Notes: a model not told the origin generated them from the letters alone. A stretch of DNA of 60,563 nucleotides, filler included, from 6 parts of 6 records of this genome joined end to end with filler, not necessarily neighbours in it, one strand, 5' to 3'; positions 1 through 10,660 are shown, counted from the whole stretch's first letter. Translations and numbers: made by a program.

Positions 1-19
1 CATAATTTCCTATTATCCA

Positions 20-961
20 TCATTCATCTACAAAACAAAATCCCCTCCTAGGATGCTTACTTCCCAATATTTTCCTCTGTTGCCTCATACTCACTTTCGT
101 ATAAATCTGTGTAGTAGAAATACTACTATGTCCAAGCATATGTTGGATATATCGTATATCTACACCTTCTTCTAAAAGCAAGGTTGCAAAGGAGTGACGG
201 AACATATGTGGGGTGATATGTTTATCTATATTTAGTTTTTTTTGATATTTTTGTATCATTAGGCGAACTGATTGGTCGGAGAGTTTATTCCCTAGTCGAT
301 TTAGGAAAAAGTAGTGAGAATTTTTTGTATTTGTATGGAAAAAATTTTGATATTCTTTTAGGATATCTTTGACCTCTTTTTCACAGATCTGTATCACTCT
401 TTCTTTGGCACCTTTTCCATATATTTTTATAATCCCTGTTTTTAAATTGATATCACTTTTTTTTAGGTTGCAAAGTTCGGAGACTCTAATTCCTGTACTA
501 AAAAGTATCTCTATCACAGCTATATCTCTTATGATCGCTTTGTAGGTATAGAGATCTTTTTGTGGAAAGATTTCTTTATATTTGTACATATATTTTAAAA
601 GCTTTCGTATCTCTTTTAGCTCCATAGTTTTTGGAAGAAGTCTAGGTTCTTTTATAGAGATACGAAGTTTTCTAAAGGGGCTTACGACAATATACTCTTC
701 AAACTCCAAGTAGGTAAAAAATGCTTTGAGAACAGCTAGTTTTCTTTTGATGGTTTTCGCTTTAAACTCTTCATTGTAGAGGCTTTGGATATATTGTTTG
801 ATCAGGTGTTTATCAAAGTTTTGTATCTCTAAGTTCTTATAGTTTTCAAATATACAAAACTGATTTAGATCTATTTGATAGGCTTGTAAGGTTTTTGGGC
901 TGAGGTTTTTTTCAAATTGACAATGAAAGATAAAATCTTCTATCGCTTTTTGTAATAACAT
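20..961 (-). CDS. Tyrosine recombinase/integrase, XerC/XerD-like
   Basis: All catalytic motifs present: GIRVSEL (R), GKGAKER (K), HMFRHS (HxxR), LGHSS, TTQIYT (Y). N-terminal SAM-like domain (NLSPKTLQAY...DL). Start placed at ATG 961 (MLLQKA) with GGAG 9 nt upstream, not the 1069 ORF start. Confidence 0.93.
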   Translation of the reverse strand: MLLQKAIEDFIFHCQFEKNLSPKTLQAYQIDLNQFCIFENYKNLEIQNFDKHLIKQYIQSLYNEEFKAKTIKRKLAVLKAFFTYLEFEEYIVVSPFRKLRISIKEPRLLPKTMELKEIRKLLKYMYKYKEIFPQKDLYTYKAIIRDIAVIEILFSTGIRVSELCNLKKSDINLKTGIIKIYGKGAKERVIQICEKEVKDILKEYQNFFHTNTKNSHYFFLNRLGNKLSDQSVRLMIQKYQKKLNIDKHITPHMFRHSFATLLLEEGVDIRYIQHMLGHSSISTTQIYTKVSMRQQRKILGSKHPRRGFCFVDE

Positions 962-978
962 GAGTAGTTTCTCCATTT

Positions 979-1011
979 TGTGACACGTTTGTGACAAATT
1001 TTGGATAGCAT
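979..1011 (+). promoter_or_regulatory. Direct-repeat box TGTGACA-N4-TGTGACA followed 9 nt later by -10 TAGCAT
   Basis: TGTGACA at 979-985 and 990-996, TAGCAT at 1006-1011. The same architecture recurs at 2817 and 21976. Confidence 0.75.
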
Positions 1012-1043
1012 TGTAGTATAAAACTCTAAAAAAGGTTTCTAAA

Positions 1044-2804
1044 ATGTATGTATCAAATACCACTTCCACATCAAATGTTCAAGATTCTACTTCAAAAGGG
1101 CAAAGTACTGGGGCTTCTTCTATAGAGTTTTCTTTAAGTGAGTATGAAAATAAAGATCCAAGAGAGATCACATTTCATGAGTATAAAAACCTTACTAAAG
1201 AGGATATAGAAAAGCTTTATCCAAAAGAGGAGATGCCACAGCAGTATGAGAAAGCGATATCTTTACATACAAAAGCTAGTGGAACTCATGATGAGATACT
1301 TAATGAAGTGTTATTTGATAAAGAGATAGCAAGTGATGATTCTGAGTTTGATAAAAGAGTCTCTCATATGTTAGATTTTTTTATGAATACTCAGGAGATG
1401 ATAGCTCGTTTTGAGATTTCACTTCAAAAAACAGAACAATATATCAAAGATAATAATATTACCTTTGAGGGGGATAGTCCCATGGATTGGATAGGGCAAT
1501 TTTCAAAGATACATTCACAAATAGAAAAAGAAACAGTTGTGCCAGAGTATCAAAAGACTATGACAAAAGATCAGATGTTTGAGATTTTTGAAAATAATAA
1601 ATCATACGCTGAGTTTTTGATTGAATATAATAATTATACCCCAAAAGATGAAGCGTATCAATATAAAAAATATATGATCGCTTATGAAGAAAGTATTATG
1701 GCTGAGTATGAGAAAAGAGTGGCTGAGCAAGAGAGTAGTTTATCAGGTCATCAATCAAATCAAAGTGCTTCATATGCTATCGCACAAGCACAAGAGGCAA
1801 AAGATAAAGAGCAAGAGACCAAAAAAGCTGAACAAAATAGTGCTACAGAGGTAAGTGAGAGTTCATCTGTAAAAGATACAGATGAGGGGTATTATGAAAG
1901 GATACGAAAGCTTTTAGAAGATATCAAGTCTGTGATGAGAACAGGGCTTACCGTAGATGAATTAAATCAGATGAAAGAGTTACTCGCTCAGATCCAAAAA
2001 CTCAAAGCGAAAGATGATCCAAGTTTGGATGATGAGATAGGAGCTTTAGTAAAACAGTTAGAAGAGATGATCTTAGCATATCAAAAAAGAATAAGTGGAG
2101 AAGTGGTCAAAGAGTCTGAAGATGAAAGTAGTGTAAAAAATGATACTACAAAAACAGAAGCAACTAATTTAGATGAGAGTTTAGATGAGTTGATTCAGGC
2201 TTTAGAGGAGCTTCAAAGTGGTTCATATAAAGATAAAGCAGAAAAAGATGAAGATGATAGAGACCATGGAGATAAGATGAGTTCACAAGATGACTTTATC
2301 TCTGCTCTTTTAAATGAGGGGTATTCTGAAGAGGAAGCTACTAAACGTGCTGATATCTATGAAAGGGCAGGATTGTTTTCGAGTTATAGTGGCTTAGAGA
2401 GTATTTTTAGTACTGAGCTTTTTGGAGTAAGCTTTAGTTCAAACCCTACTTATAAAAAAGCACTACTTGATGCGTTTGATCAAATGGATACAGAGCAGTT
2501 AAATAAAGTAAGTACAGAACTTGGTTCAAGATATAATATCGATATGGAAGAGTTAAAAAAACGGATTCCAGAAAACCTACAAGTCTCAGATGCTATGCTC
2601 CATGGTTTTGATGAGTATCTTGGGTATCAGTTTGGCTCTCCTGATCAGGTATTTGGAATGTTTGATAAGATGATGGATCAAGCGAATACATTACAAAGAC
2701 TTACTGGGGAAGATCAAAGTGAATTGATCGATGGGATCAATAAAGTGATAAGTGCATATACTCAAAACTTAACTCTATCTGCAAGAAGTGGTAATATATT
2801 TTGA
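1044..2804 (+). CDS. Hypothetical acidic modular protein (paralog A)
   Basis: 586-aa ORF with AAAGG RBS. C-terminal region aligns by eye with 2879-3760 (GYSE..A..RA.IY..AGL; DQMD.EQL). Middle region aligns with 20734-21915 (TGLT..E...QKR..GE). Confidence 0.85.
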   Translation: MYVSNTTSTSNVQDSTSKGQSTGASSIEFSLSEYENKDPREITFHEYKNLTKEDIEKLYPKEEMPQQYEKAISLHTKASGTHDEILNEVLFDKEIASDDSEFDKRVSHMLDFFMNTQEMIARFEISLQKTEQYIKDNNITFEGDSPMDWIGQFSKIHSQIEKETVVPEYQKTMTKDQMFEIFENNKSYAEFLIEYNNYTPKDEAYQYKKYMIAYEESIMAEYEKRVAEQESSLSGHQSNQSASYAIAQAQEAKDKEQETKKAEQNSATEVSESSSVKDTDEGYYERIRKLLEDIKSVMRTGLTVDELNQMKELLAQIQKLKAKDDPSLDDEIGALVKQLEEMILAYQKRISGEVVKESEDESSVKNDTTKTEATNLDESLDELIQALEELQSGSYKDKAEKDEDDRDHGDKMSSQDDFISALLNEGYSEEEATKRADIYERAGLFSSYSGLESIFSTELFGVSFSSNPTYKKALLDAFDQMDTEQLNKVSTELGSRYNIDMEELKKRIPENLQVSDAMLHGFDEYLGYQFGSPDQVFGMFDKMMDQANTLQRLTGEDQSELIDGINKVISAYTQNLTLSARSGNIF

Positions 2805-2816
2805 TTAATAAATAGC

Positions 2817-2849
2817 TGTGACGTGATTGTGACAAGTTTTTGATACTAT
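2817..2849 (+). promoter_or_regulatory. Direct-repeat box TGTGACG-N4-TGTGACA followed 9 nt later by -10 TACTAT
   Basis: Repeats at 2817-2823 and 2828-2834, TACTAT at 2844-2849, upstream of paralog B. Confidence 0.72.
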
Positions 2850-2878
2850 TATGATAAGACTTTTATAAAGGATATCAT

Positions 2879-3760
2879 ATGCAAGTATCAAGTACAACTT
2901 CACCAATAGATCCTTACAGCTATATTATCAAAGAGCAAAGTGTTTCCACAGCATCATTTGCTTTTGAAAAAGAGAATAGTTATACACAAGAACAACATTC
3001 TTCTAAAAATACTCCTACTGATAATTATATAGCTCTCTTAGCTGGTTTTAGATCTACTCAAAGTGCTCAATATACTATCACACAAAAGCAAGAGAGAAAA
3101 GATGAACAGACTAGTGAAGTAACTGATATAGCGAGTGAACAAGTAGATGAAGAGAGTGTAAAAACCACAAAAGATCAAGAGCAATTTGATCTTGCCATGG
3201 AAGCATATGGGTTACATCCTGATAATACAAGAGATGTTTTTATGATGGAGCTTATACAGCAAGGTTATTCAGAGAATTCAGCACGTGAAAGGGCAAATAT
3301 ATATCAAAGTGCAGGACTTTTAGCCGATGAAAATGGTGCAAGTAGTATTACTTTAGGGGATGAAGTATTTGAGGTATATCACCTAAGTTTAGCAACTTTT
3401 GATCCTGTTTATAAACAAAGTTTACGAGAAGCCTATGATCAGATGGATAATGAACAGTTAAAAGAGGTACACTCTAAAGTTTCTTCTCAGTTGAGTCTTA
3501 GTGTAGATGATCTAAAAAAGGTTATGCCTAGAGACGGATCAAAATCTCATGAAGAGATAAGAGAGGGGTTAAAAGAGTATTGGGATGAGAGATATGGTAT
3601 ACCAGAGCAGGTATTAAGTATCTTTGAAAAAGCTCTTAAAAGTATAGAAATAGATGAAAAGTTTTCAAAAGAAGATCTTACATATATTAAAGAGGGTGTG
3701 TATCTACTTATAGAGGAATATAAAAAGAATCTAGATACCTCAAAAGAACCAAATCACTAG
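2879..3760 (+). CDS. Hypothetical acidic protein (paralog B)
   Basis: 293-aa ORF with AAAGGA RBS. Homologous to the C-terminal domain of 1044-2804. Confidence 0.85.
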   Translation: MQVSSTTSPIDPYSYIIKEQSVSTASFAFEKENSYTQEQHSSKNTPTDNYIALLAGFRSTQSAQYTITQKQERKDEQTSEVTDIASEQVDEESVKTTKDQEQFDLAMEAYGLHPDNTRDVFMMELIQQGYSENSARERANIYQSAGLLADENGASSITLGDEVFEVYHLSLATFDPVYKQSLREAYDQMDNEQLKEVHSKVSSQLSLSVDDLKKVMPRDGSKSHEEIREGLKEYWDERYGIPEQVLSIFEKALKSIEIDEKFSKEDLTYIKEGVYLLIEEYKKNLDTSKEPNH

Positions 3761-3801
3761 TATGATATAATTGCAAAAATCAAATACAAAATTGGATCAT
3801 A

Positions 3802-4638
3802 ATGAGTAAAGAACATTTAAAAAAGTTTTTAGGATTTGGAGTTGCAGGAAATTTTGCCCACCATTTAGAACAAGCTGGAGAAGCAAGTGATTTTATAAAT
3901 GTAACAGTAACAGATGAAAAAGCACCAAAAGGAATATTCCCTTTTTATTTACCAGAAAGTGAGAGTTTCTTAGGAACCTACCCACTCTCATCTCAAGCGA
4001 TACACCACCCAAGAACAGAAGATGGAAATCTTCATATGGAACCGGAAGTTGCACTGATCTGTGAAGTAGTGTATGAGGGAGATACGGTAAAAGATATCAT
4101 CCCAAACTTTTTTACAGCATACAATGATTGTACTATTAGAAAAGAAGGGGCTAAAAAGCTTAGTGAAAAGAAAAACTGGGGAGAGGAGACAAAAGGTATC
4201 TCACCCCAGATTCTTCCAATAGATAAGTTTGAAAAAGGGGGTATGATGGATAACTATCATATCGTCTCTTTTTTAAAGCGTGATGGAGAGCTTTTTCAAT
4301 ATGGAGAGGATAGTCCTGTGACTACTTATAACTATTTTTATGGACAATTAAAAGAGTGGATCATTGATAGATTGAATAATCAACAAGATCAAGGCCCACT
4401 AGAAGATCTACATAGTCATATTATAGAAGCAAATAAACCTGAAGGTGCTGTTATCAGTATTGGCGCTACAACTTATACAAAAGTAGGTGAGAGTACTTTT
4501 TTAGAAGTTGGAGATGAGGTGTTTGTATATGTGTATGATAGCTCAGTATATAGTTATGAAAAGATTGAGGCACATGCCAAAGGTGATGAACAAGAGACAT
4601 TGAAGTCTTGTTCTTTTTTACATCAAGAGATTAAATAG
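3802..4638 (+). CDS. DUF5718-family protein
   Basis: N-terminal GFGVAGNFAHHLEQAGEA and AYNDCTIRK motifs. Extended -10 TGATATAAT upstream. Confidence 0.7.
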   Translation: MSKEHLKKFLGFGVAGNFAHHLEQAGEASDFINVTVTDEKAPKGIFPFYLPESESFLGTYPLSSQAIHHPRTEDGNLHMEPEVALICEVVYEGDTVKDIIPNFFTAYNDCTIRKEGAKKLSEKKNWGEETKGISPQILPIDKFEKGGMMDNYHIVSFLKRDGELFQYGEDSPVTTYNYFYGQLKEWIIDRLNNQQDQGPLEDLHSHIIEANKPEGAVISIGATTYTKVGESTFLEVGDEVFVYVYDSSVYSYEKIEAHAKGDEQETLKSCSFLHQEIK

Positions 4639-5452
4639 CTATATTACTAGCTATTTGATCAGTAAATCGTACCTTTGTATTAATAAGATTTTTAAGCTCT
4701 ACAAAATCTTTTTCCCAAAATACAAGTACTGTTGATCCCATCTCAAAATATCCTAGACATTCCCCTTTTTGCACATAAAGATTGTCATAGGTATAGACTT
4801 TTGGATAGATAGTCTCTTCATTATTCGTATTGATTTCAGGCTCAAAGGTAAAGACCATTTTTCCTACATTTAAAGCGCCTACAAATACCATATAAAAAAG
4901 TTTATTATCTGTAGTTTTACACTCCATCACCACTCTTTCATTTTCAATAAAAAGGTTCTCTTGTTTTTTTAAGTAGCTAAAATTTACTGGATAGAGTTTT
5001 CCTGGGATATGGATCAGTTTTGTGATATGACAGTTATAGATAGAGTGGTATCTATGGTAATCTTTAGGGCTTAGATAAAAGTTCATATATTTTCCATTTT
5101 TCACTTTCTCAAAGTCATCATATAAAATATCATCTGTTAAAAGCTCTCTGAGATTATATTGCATCCCTTTTATTTGTAGAACAGTTTCTTCTTCTATATC
5201 ACCACATTGTGTAACAAAACTATCGCATGGGGAGATAAAAGTATCTAAGCTATGCTCTATCTCTCTTGGTGTTACTAGTTCTCTTGTAAAAAGTTGATTA
5301 AGGGTTTTATATTGATTTGGTTCTTTAAACTCTTTCATCTCAAGACCAAGTATCTTTACATAGCTTGTATTTATAAAAGATTGTATAGCTTTTGGGAATG
5401 CATAAGATGCAAACTTGTGAAAGTAGGTTGATATTTTATTACTGAGGTGCAT
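4631..5452 (-). CDS. psd: Phosphatidylserine decarboxylase proenzyme
   Basis: FTR, YLSPKDYHRYH, ENER and FEMGST autocleavage motifs. Confidence 0.93.
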   Translation of the reverse strand: MHLSNKISTYFHKFASYAFPKAIQSFINTSYVKILGLEMKEFKEPNQYKTLNQLFTRELVTPREIEHSLDTFISPCDSFVTQCGDIEEETVLQIKGMQYNLRELLTDDILYDDFEKVKNGKYMNFYLSPKDYHRYHSIYNCHITKLIHIPGKLYPVNFSYLKKQENLFIENERVVMECKTTDNKLFYMVFVGALNVGKMVFTFEPEINTNNEETIYPKVYTYDNLYVQKGECLGYFEMGSTVLVFWEKDFVELKNLINTKVRFTDQIASNIAI

Positions 5453-6557
5453 CTTTTTCATCCTTTATATTGTTTGGTATAAGTATATACAAATTACCTT
5501 TTTGTTTCATATTTCCTGCAAGTTGTTTAGCTTTCTCTCCACTTCCAAAGAAAAAATCAGCTCGTATCTCCCCTTTGATAGCCCCACCAGTATCAGCTGC
5601 AACCATAAGTTGTCTAATAGGAGTATTATCTATTGGATTGGTTGTATCTATAAATACAGGAAATCCTAAAGGGATATAGTTAGTATCAACAGCTAGATTT
5701 CTAAAAGGAACCAGCTCAACCCCTAAACTTCCCGTCGCATTTTTTTCTCTTTTTTGAAAAAATATATAACTCTCATTGAGGTTTAATATCTCATCTATCT
5801 TCTCAGGATTTTCATTCAGCCATTTTTTAATACTTTGTAAAGAGACCTCCTCTTTATCAAGATGTCCCTCTTCTATAAGCTCTTTTCCTATAGAAAAGTA
5901 TGGTCTTCCATTTTGATCTGCGTATCCAATATTTAATATTGTACCATCTTCAAGTTGTATTTTTCCACTCCCTTGAATATGAAGAAAAAAGAGACCGATT
6001 TTATCATCCACATAACAGATCGGTTCAAGATCTGGTGTTTTCCCCTCTTTGATCTCTTCTCTTGTATAGTATGGAACCACTTTATTCCCTACAAGCTTTC
6101 CTCTTAGACGATAATCTTTTAACTCCTCATAGACATTTGAAAGTTTTATAATAAGAAGATCTTTTGGACGCTTGTAGATAGGATATTTATATTTTTCACT
6201 TTTTATTAAACTTCCATGTAAAATAGGTTCATAATATCCAGTGATAAGTCCCTCTGTACTTCCATCATCACCTATAAGTTGATAAGGTGTAAAGTTCTTA
6301 TGAAAAAACTCATTTGGTGAAGTGGTGGTTTGTGAGAGTTCACACATCGATTTTAAAAGAGGCTTTTTTTTCGATTTTTGACACCCTTTTTGAAAGACCT
6401 CAAACGCAAGGTTTAGGTTATCTTTATCAAAATCTTGAAGCTCATCCCAAGAGACTGCCTTTAGCTTAGCATCAGTTATAGAGGGTTTTTGTTCATATTT
6501 AGAACTACATCCCCAAAAAAAGAAAAGAACAAAAAAGATAGATACCAAAGATCTCAT
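5439..6557 (-). CDS. mltA: Membrane-bound lytic murein transglycosylase A
   Basis: Lipoprotein signal (FFWGC), TGYYEP, IQGSG, 3D domain AVD...DTGGAIKG..RAD. Confidence 0.93.
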   Translation of the reverse strand: MRSLVSIFFVLFFFWGCSSKYEQKPSITDAKLKAVSWDELQDFDKDNLNLAFEVFQKGCQKSKKKPLLKSMCELSQTTTSPNEFFHKNFTPYQLIGDDGSTEGLITGYYEPILHGSLIKSEKYKYPIYKRPKDLLIIKLSNVYEELKDYRLRGKLVGNKVVPYYTREEIKEGKTPDLEPICYVDDKIGLFFLHIQGSGKIQLEDGTILNIGYADQNGRPYFSIGKELIEEGHLDKEEVSLQSIKKWLNENPEKIDEILNLNESYIFFQKREKNATGSLGVELVPFRNLAVDTNYIPLGFPVFIDTTNPIDNTPIRQLMVAADTGGAIKGEIRADFFFGSGEKAKQLAGNMKQKGNLYILIPNNIKDEKDAPQ

Positions 6558-6558
6558 T

Positions 6559-6819
6559 TTATTCTACAAGTTCCTTTTTAATTTTCTCTTGATTGAGTTT
6601 TAAGATAGTCTGTTTTTTGATCTCATCTAATCGCTCAGAGTCACAATTAAGTTCACTCATCATAGTAGCATCATCTTGATTATCAATTTTTAGTTTATAA
6701 AACTTAAACTCTTTTTTTGTTAAGCGTCTTTTTAACACCTCTTCTAGCTCTTCATCCTCTTTTAAATTACCAACTATTTTATTGATATCTTTTTGAAGTT
6801 CTTTTTTGAATTCTATCAT
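6559..6819 (-). CDS. Small hypothetical protein
   Basis: 86-aa ORF coupled between surE and mltA. Confidence 0.7.
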   Translation of the reverse strand: MIEFKKELQKDINKIVGNLKEDEELEEVLKRRLTKKEFKFYKLKIDNQDDATMMSELNCDSERLDEIKKQTILKLNQEKIKKELVE

Positions 6820-7616
6820 TAATTATCTATCCATTTTTCTAAATTTTTCATATCGTCATAACTTGTAAGATCAAGTTTTATTGGTGTAATTGATACATAG
6901 TTTTCACTCACCGCATCACAATCACACAACATATTTTTATTTCTCGTTTCCCATAATAATGGGTGAAGTCCTATCCAATAGGTTTCTTCTCCTCTTGGGC
7001 TTACATATCTATGGGAATCATTTCCATATTCTCTTATGGCAAGATTTGTTATTTTTATCCCTTTACACTCAGAAATTGTACAGTGTGGAATATTGATATT
7101 TAGAAGTTTACGCTCCCCTAATGGAAACTTATCCTCTAATATTTTAGATGCAATATCTTTGATCGTCTCACAAGCAAGTTCATATTCCCATGTATCTTTA
7201 TTTGTTCCATTGATATCTTGAAATACCTGAGAGATAGCGATTCCAGGGACTCCTTGGAGTACTGCTTCCATTGCTCCAGCAACAGTTCCAGAGTAGGTGA
7301 CATCTTCCCCCATATTTGAGCCGATATTGATCCCGCTTATTACAAGATCTGGCTTGTTCTCTTCATCAAAAAGATTATTAAGCCCTATAAAAACACAATC
7401 AGTTGGAGTCCCATCATCCATCTTATAATAATCATCATCTACGCTTAATAGTTTCATAGGTCTTGTTAAGGTCATCCCATGAGCACATGCCGATTTTTCA
7501 GTAGCAGGTGCGACTATAGTAAGTTCAGCAATGGGACTTAGAGCTTCTATAAGTTTGGTTAATCCCTTTGCAAACCATCCATCGTCATTGGTTAAAAATA
7601 TTCTTTTTCTTTTCAT
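6819..7616 (-). CDS. surE: 5'/3'-nucleotidase SurE
   Basis: TNDDG, GTPTDCV, SGIN.G.N.G, YSGTVAGA motifs. Confidence 0.96.
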   Translation of the reverse strand: MKRKRIFLTNDDGWFAKGLTKLIEALSPIAELTIVAPATEKSACAHGMTLTRPMKLLSVDDDYYKMDDGTPTDCVFIGLNNLFDEENKPDLVISGINIGSNMGEDVTYSGTVAGAMEAVLQGVPGIAISQVFQDINGTNKDTWEYELACETIKDIASKILEDKFPLGERKLLNINIPHCTISECKGIKITNLAIREYGNDSHRYVSPRGEETYWIGLHPLLWETRNKNMLCDCDAVSENYVSITPIKLDLTSYDDMKNLEKWIDN

Positions 7617-7686
7617 GGGCAGTATTCTACATAAAATCTCTTTTAAATGTAATAAATATTTTATAGTTATAAAGATATAATCACCT

Positions 7687-10560
7687 ATGATTATAAATAT
7701 TTTGAAAAGCTTAAGTATTATTTTTATTTTCTTATTTTCCCCATCTGCATTTGCTTTAGAAAAAGTATCATTACAGCTTCAATGGAAATACCAGTTTCAA
7801 TTTGCAGGATATATCATTGCAAAAGAGAAAGGGTTTTATAAAGACTATGGTTTAGAAGTTGAGCTTAAAGAATGGGAACAAAATATTAATATGGTAGACG
7901 AAGTTGTCAATCAAAGAAGTACTTTTGCTGTATCGAGACCTAGCTCTTTTTTTAATCCTAAAACTATGAATCATATTAGATTTTTAGGAGCTATTTATCA
8001 ATCTTCCCCTTTAGTGATACTTACAGATAAAAGTTTGGGGATCAATTCTATTAAAGATTTTCAAAATAAAACTTTGATGTCTACAGGGGATCTAAACACT
8101 GATGCATCACTAATCTCTATGATGTATTCTCAAGGAATAGATGTCAAAAAGATGAATATAAAAGAGCCTTCTTTCAATGTAGGAGATCTTTTAAATGGGA
8201 AAACAGATCTTATCGCTTCATATATATCAAATGAGCCATATATTCTAAAGCAAATGGGTGGAGAGCCTGTGATCTTTGATCCAAAAGATTATGGATTTGA
8301 TTTTTATAATGATATTTTAATAACAAATACAAAAACACTCAAAGAAGATCCAGAACTTGTCAATAACTTTTATAAAGCGACTTTAAAAGGTTGGCAATAT
8401 GCATTTGATAATATTCCTGAGTGTGCAATGATAATCTATAAAAAATATAATACTCAACATAAATCTTTAAATGCTTTAATATATGAAGGACAGACTTTAA
8501 GACCTCTTGCAATAAATGGAAAAGATCCATTAGGGAATCTTTCAAAAGAGAAGATGCGACATATTTTTAATATCTATAAATTACTTGGGTTTATCAAAGT
8601 CAATGATATTGATTTTGATAAACTCATATACAATACTGATAAAGATCAAGTTCAATTAACAAAAAAAGAGCAACAATATCTTCAAAATAAGACTATAAAA
8701 GTAGGAGTTTCCCCATGGTATCCGATCACGTTTTATGATGAAAGTAAAAAAAATATTGGTGGAATAGGAATAGAAGTTCTTCAGAATATAGCACAGCAAT
8801 TTCAAATGAAAATAGAGTTTGTTCCAGCACGTTGGAATGTATTATTAGAGAAGTTTAAAAATAAAGAGATTGATCTTCTTCCAACCACTTATTATACAGA
8901 GCAAAGAAGTCAATTTGGTAGCTTTTCAAAACCCTATATGGATATAAAAGAGTATCTTTATGTGCATGAAGATAGTGTGATTAAAAGCTTTAATGACCTT
9001 CATAATAAAACTATTGCTATGGTGAAAAAATATGGGGGCATTGCGAAGATCAAAGAAAAATATCCTGATATCGTTATAAAAGAGGTAGAAAGTTTAGAAC
9101 AAAGTGTTCAAATGCTTGTCAATAATGAGGTAGATGCTATTTTTAATACCCAGTTTAGTATTGAAAGTTTTTTAATGCAAAATCATATCTTTTCTATAAA
9201 ACCTATCTATCAAACTGATTTTAAATCTTCCTCTTTGCATTTTTTTACTCAAAAAGAGAATGTTCATTTAAAAAATATTTTGCAAAAAGGCTTAAATACT
9301 ATCAAGGAGCAAGATATTGATGGGATCGTATCTAATTGGATACGAAAAAATTCCAACTCCTTATTCTCTTTATCTGAACTTCGATATATCAATGAAAACC
9401 CTAAAGTAAAAATGTGTATAAATACAAACTGGACTCCAATAGAGTTCTTAGATAAGGATCAGCCTAAAGGGATCACAATTGATATCCTTAAACTTATTAG
9501 TGAAAAGACTCACTTAGAGTTTGAATTTGTTCAGACAAGTAGCTGGAGTGAGTCTCAAAAGTATCTAAAAGAGAAAAAGTGTGATATCTTACCCTCTGCA
9601 ACGATCACTTCAAAAAGAAAAGAGTATGCAAACTTTACAAGGCCCTACTTAAGTTATGATCTTGCAATGATCACTTCAGAAAATAAACCATTAGTTACAA
9701 ATTTAGAAGATATTATAGATGAAACTATGACTCGAAAGAAAGGTTCAGGTCTTATTACAACTTTAAAAGAGAAATATCCAGAGATGAAGATAGTAGAAAC
9801 AAAAGGATATAAAGAAGCATTTGAAAAAGTGCAAAATGAAGAGGTTTATTTTACGATTGCAACACTTCCTGTACTTTCATATTATAAAAATATGTATGAT
9901 TTTGATAACTTGCAAGTAGCAGGATATACAAAGATGAAATATGATCTAGCTATTATGGTAAGAGATGATAATGAGACTCTTTTAAAAGTACTTGATAAAG
10001 CACTTTTAGAAGTTTCAAAGGAGCAAAAAAAGCTTATTAGTGAAAAGTGGACAAATAAAGAGATCGCTTCAAAAATAGATTATACTAGTCTTGTACAGAT
10101 CATAATTGCAGCTTTGATCGTGATCTTGTTTTTTATCTATAAACAGTTCTTATTGAATCGTTCTATTAAAGAGTTTGAAGATTTGATCGATGCAACAATG
10201 GAGGGGATCATAATACTTAAAGATAATAAGTGTATTGATGTCAATGAGAGTGCTTTGAAAATATTAGGATATGAGCATAAAAAAGATATGTTGCATAAAA
10301 ATATCTTTTATTATATCCCTAAAAAATATCATAAAATAGTAAAAGAGAAGATGCAACAAGTAAGTTCAGAACCCTATGAATTGGAAGCTACTACAAAAAA
10401 TGGGGAACTAGTTCCTTTATTAGCAAGAGGTAGAGATATTAAAAATGGAACATTACGTTTAGTAGGAATTGTAGATATTACCCTTTTAAAAAAACAAGAA
10501 GAACAGCTTTTACAACAGGCAAAACTTGTATCAATGGGAGAGATGATAGGAAATATTGCC
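7687..10560 (+). CDS. Sensor histidine kinase with NMT1/THI5-like and two PBP-type periplasmic domains plus PAS; 3'-truncated
   Basis: LQLQWKYQFQFAGY..A, two SBP_bac_3-like repeats, TM segment, PAS, then QQAKLVSMGEMIGNIA cut just before the H-box. Confidence 0.88.
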
Positions 10561-10660
10561 NNNNNNNNNNNNNNNNNNNNNNNNNNNNNNNNNNNNNNNN
10601 NNNNTTAATTAATTAANNNNNNNNNNNNNNNNNNNNNNNNNNNNNNNNNNNNNNNNNNNN
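10561..10660. other. Artificial contig linker
   Basis: N-run, TTAATTAATTAA (stops in all six frames), N-run. Confidence 0.98.

Noticed and set aside
962-1069. N-terminal extension of the recombinase ORF overlapping paralog A
   Set aside because: It overlaps the divergent gene and the regulatory box. The RBS supports ATG 961.
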